DNA from: an uncultured Verrucomicrobiae bacterium
GTDB taxonomy: Bacteria; Verrucomicrobiota; Verrucomicrobiia; Chthoniobacterales; Chthoniobacteraceae
Reading direction: 5' to 3'
Assembly (NCBI GenBank): GCA_963828525.1
Contig: CAWHEP010000002.1
Span: 256,001 to 320,000 of the forward strand
DNA length: 64,000 nucleotides
Positions 60,989 to 64,000 of this stretch are shown here, in pieces (the stretch's first letter is position 1; the number at the start of each line of letters is the position of its first letter). A model generated the notes under the pieces. It was not told the origin of the DNA, made no database searches, and was given only the letters and a program-made list of their open reading frames with translations. A program made the translations under genes and the position numbers.

Positions 60989-62807
60989 TTAGGGTGCCGC
61001 CTCGGGAATCAGCAGATTGGCCCGCAATTCGTCGCGGTCCAAAAAAGGGAGCCATGTCCTCGAGGGAGGGCGAGACAATAACACCGTCCGGACGTCTTTG
61101 GGAAGCAAGTTTCGGCGCGAACTGCTGGCTTAAATCCAGGAAAATCTCGCACATCGCGGCAGACTCGGAAGCAAGTGTCGCCGAGATCGCGTCCGGCAGC
61201 GCGGCGTGATCCCGGCAGGCCGTGTACGGCAGGTCATACACCGCCGCCAGTTTCTCAAAACTCGGAAACCCGAGACCGCTTTCCTCTCCGCATCCCACAA
61301 CGTTGTCCGGAAAAAAGTTCTGCTGCGTCTGACGGATCGAGTGGTATCCCCGATTGTTCAGCACAAAGATTTTGATCGGCAATTTGTGGGTGCGAATGGT
61401 TTGCAGCTCCTGCAGGTTCATCTGGATGCTCCCGTCCCCCGCAAGGCAGATGACGCGTTTCCTCCCGTTCCCAAAGCACGCGCCGATCGCCCCCGGCAGA
61501 TCATAACCCATCGAAGCGCTTCCCGAGTTGGTGAAAAGCCGCTGTTCACGTTGTAGGTGCGCAGCCTGGAAGCTCGTCACGCAAGCAGTCCCATCGCCGC
61601 ACACCACCACATCGTCTTCCTTCAGCCGGGCGAAGAGACTCTCGACAAAGCAATACGGGTTCACCGCTCCCACTCCATTCCAATATTCCGGCAGCACCAC
61701 AGGATAGCGATTCTTCCTCTCCACGCACCACGCCAGCCATTCCACCCGGGACGCGGAAGCGGCAAGTGGCGGCAGCCGCAACAGCTCTTCCAGCACCAGC
61801 CGCAAATCGGCGCATACCGGTAGATCCGCCTTCACTGTCGGCTTGTTCAACTCGGCCGGGTCGATATCCACCACCACCTTGAACGCCGCCCGCGCGAAAG
61901 ACTTCCAGTTATAGCTTACCTGCCGGACGTTCAACCGGCTCCCGAGCACCAGGAGGAAGTCCGAGTTTTGCACCGTGAAATTCCCGCTCCGGTTCCCTAT
62001 GCTTCCGGGACGCCCTGTGAACATCGGGTGATCATCCCAGATCGCGTCATGGGCATTCCATCCCGTTGTAATGGGGATGCGCCAATGCTCAAGCAGCTGT
62101 AGCAGAAGGTCGCGAGCCCCGGCAAGACGTATGCCCGCTCCCACAAGCAACGCGGGACGAGCCGCCGCGCCGCACATCTCATGAATGATCGCGCACTGCG
62201 CTCGCAATGCTTCCCCCCGCGTCGTTCCGTCGTCCAGCGGAGGAGTAAACCCTTCCAGCTCATCCGGCTCGATCTGCGAGCCCTGCACATCGATGGGAAT
62301 ATCGATCCAGCACGGCCCCGGCCTGCCGGCCTTCGCCAGATACAACGCCTTCTCAAGATGAAACCGGATCGATTTTGGATCGTCGATTGTCACCGCGTAT
62401 TTCGTGATCCCCCCGACCATGCCCACCATGTCCGCCTCTTGGTCACCCAACTGCCGCAGCGTCCCGATAAGCCCGTGTTTATAAAGACACGTCTCCCTCT
62501 TCACCTGCCCAGACACGATCAACATCGGGATCGAATCCGTGAACGCTCCGAACACTCCATTCAGCGCGTTGATTCCCCCCGGCCCTGTCGTGACATTTAC
62601 CGCCGCGATCCTGTTGGTCAGCCGCGCGTAAGCCTCCGCCGCCATCGCGCAAGCCTGCTCATGATGACAGCACACATACGAAAGTTGCGAGCACCTCCCG
62701 ATCGCGTCATTCAGATGCATCGCCCCCCCGCCCGTCACAAGAAACACATGGCGGATCCCGTGCGCCGCCAGCATCCCCGCCACATAATCCGCAACCCTTA
62801 TTCCCAT
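60989..62807 (-). CDS. Thiamine-diphosphate-dependent enzyme (ALS-like, YerE-type); extra base in the A run at 61041-61046
   Basis: HHEQACAMAAE, TTGPGG, GRPGP, GDGSIQMNLQEL, NN motifs. Corrected end is PSLEDMAPFLDRDELRANLLIPEAAP*. Confidence 0.9.
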
Positions 62808-62938
62808 GCGGTAAGTCCTGCCTTTCTCCCCAGTTTGCGCGAGGCGCGCTCCTCCGCTTCCTCAAAAATCGTTTCGCAACGATCCTCTCGGCTCAAAGGG
62901 TCTGCCACCTCGTATTCCAGCCGAAACGGTCGTGCCAT
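62798..62938 (-). pseudogene. Truncated Y1 (IS200/RAYT-like) transposase N-terminus
   Basis: MARPFRLEYEVA...SREDRCETIFEEAEER resembles the MARPLRIEY.GA.YHV.SRG.RRE.IF.D.EDR start of these enzymes. No HUH or Tyr region remains. Confidence 0.55.
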
Positions 62939-63426
62939 GATTAAGCCAACTCTTTACAACCGTCCACGAACGTCAAGTCCATCTCGCTATTTTTCTGGCC
63001 GTGAACCATGAACCGGCCCCTTGAACACAGACAGCATCGAGCCAAGACTACGCTGGCGTCTCGGACCCTATCTGCAAGACGTCCACGCCGCAATGCGGAC
63101 AATCCGTCTCCGCTTCTCCGCTTCATCGACATGCGGCAACCGATTCCTGTTTAGAGAGACAGCCAGACCATTCATCCAGGATCCACTGGCATTCTTACAC
63201 GGCCAAGGCCGCCGCATTTTAAAATCGTTGGCTCTTCTGTTGTAAACCACCCGTATCTCTTCCCCTCTAATGATCCCCCTAGAGGAGGGGTTCGGGGAAC
63301 CGTGGTTCCCTGATCTAAATATCCAATCCGCGAAGCGGTTCTTACTGCCCCTAGCCACTCAAAACAGCGAGGAGCCATTGTCCGAGACTCCTTTTAATGT
63401 GTTACCGACTTTGCCCGGTCAGAATG

Positions 63427-63993
63427 TTACCGACGTCCTCGGTTCATACCCCCCGAGAATAGCGCAATACGATCAGGTCTAGCTCCTTTAAGATTCGCGG
63501 GCTTTTTCTTATTGAGTAGAATTTGCCATAAACTAATATTTATCTGCTTTCTAGAAGGCGTTCGCCCCAGTCCAAGCACTAATCCATCACAAGTGTAAAC
63601 CCAATCCATGTAATTACTACCTTCCCTTAGAAAGTTATACATTGACTCTTCGTTGTCAAAATTCCAGACCGCTTCTTCTAGCACCAACCGAATCTCAAAT
63701 GGGTTTATCCCCCAAGAATCAGCCGGTTCATACAGTCCACGTCTACCATCAAAAACCTCGGCTCGCGGAATGAGTTTCATAACTCTTGTCCTGCCATCCC
63801 ATTCATACTGTCTTTTGATAGGACTTATATAGGATATTTTGACGGTGCCATTTTTATTCATCGCCCGCACGGTTTGGCCGGAGGTAAGAACACTTCCTTC
63901 TACCATAGGATCTCCAGCATAACAATGCGCGCAGATAATGCTTACAAAAGCTATTATATTTCGTATTTTGAACATTTTTTCCTCCGCAATCAT
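63427..63993 (-). CDS. Low-GC hypothetical exported protein
   Basis: AT-rich ORF with a signal-like N-terminus (FKIRNIIAFVSIICAHCYA). Confidence 0.6.
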   Translation of the reverse strand: MIAEEKMFKIRNIIAFVSIICAHCYAGDPMVEGSVLTSGQTVRAMNKNGTVKISYISPIKRQYEWDGRTRVMKLIPRAEVFDGRRGLYEPADSWGINPFEIRLVLEEAVWNFDNEESMYNFLREGSNYMDWVYTCDGLVLGLGRTPSRKQINISLWQILLNKKKPANLKGARPDRIALFSGGMNRGRR

Positions 63994-64000
63994 ACGGTGC

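Noticed and set aside
60180..62807. 875-aa ThDP enzyme-aldolase fusion in the ORF track
   Set aside because: Removing one base from the A6 run at 61041-61046 restores a typical C-terminus (PFLDRDELRANLLIPEAAP*) that stops 2 nt before the aldolase ATG. Most likely a sequencing artefact.
60989..62807. ilvB partner of ilvN/ilvC
   Set aside because: It lies 17 kb away, inside a sugar-modification operon, and its C-terminus is of the sugar-pathway ThDP type. ilvB is probably elsewhere.

Overview
GC-rich bacterial window. Gene content and style suggest a Verrucomicrobiota-like organism (inference, not verified). About 12 genes carry single-base frameshifts, several in homopolymers, which look like long-read sequencing errors. 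1-32 kb is an accessory stress and metal region: exported tandem-Hsp20 plus YfdX, chrA, an ars operon, anti-sigma/sensor-cusCBA-ECF sigma, hicBA, and a CGNR-regulated redox operon. GH106, GH2 and GH78 glycosidases are interleaved. 36-48 kb holds a YbjN/WYL pair, cls, ilvNC, an ABC transporter and a catalytically degenerate S41 protein. At 49.3-50.7 kb is a non-autonomous IS1-like element with terminal inverted repeats and a target duplication. It carries a P63C gene followed directly by a compact tRNA-like structure with a G3.U70 pair, which is the most unusual signal in the window. 50.7-63 kb holds purD, ppa, gmhA, prc and an operon for an unusual, possibly carbocyclic, surface sugar. Six co-oriented REP-like double hairpins with covarying stems punctuate the window, and a truncated Y1/RAYT-like transposase lies at 62.8-62.9 kb. 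No CRISPR array, rRNA or canonical tRNA was seen.
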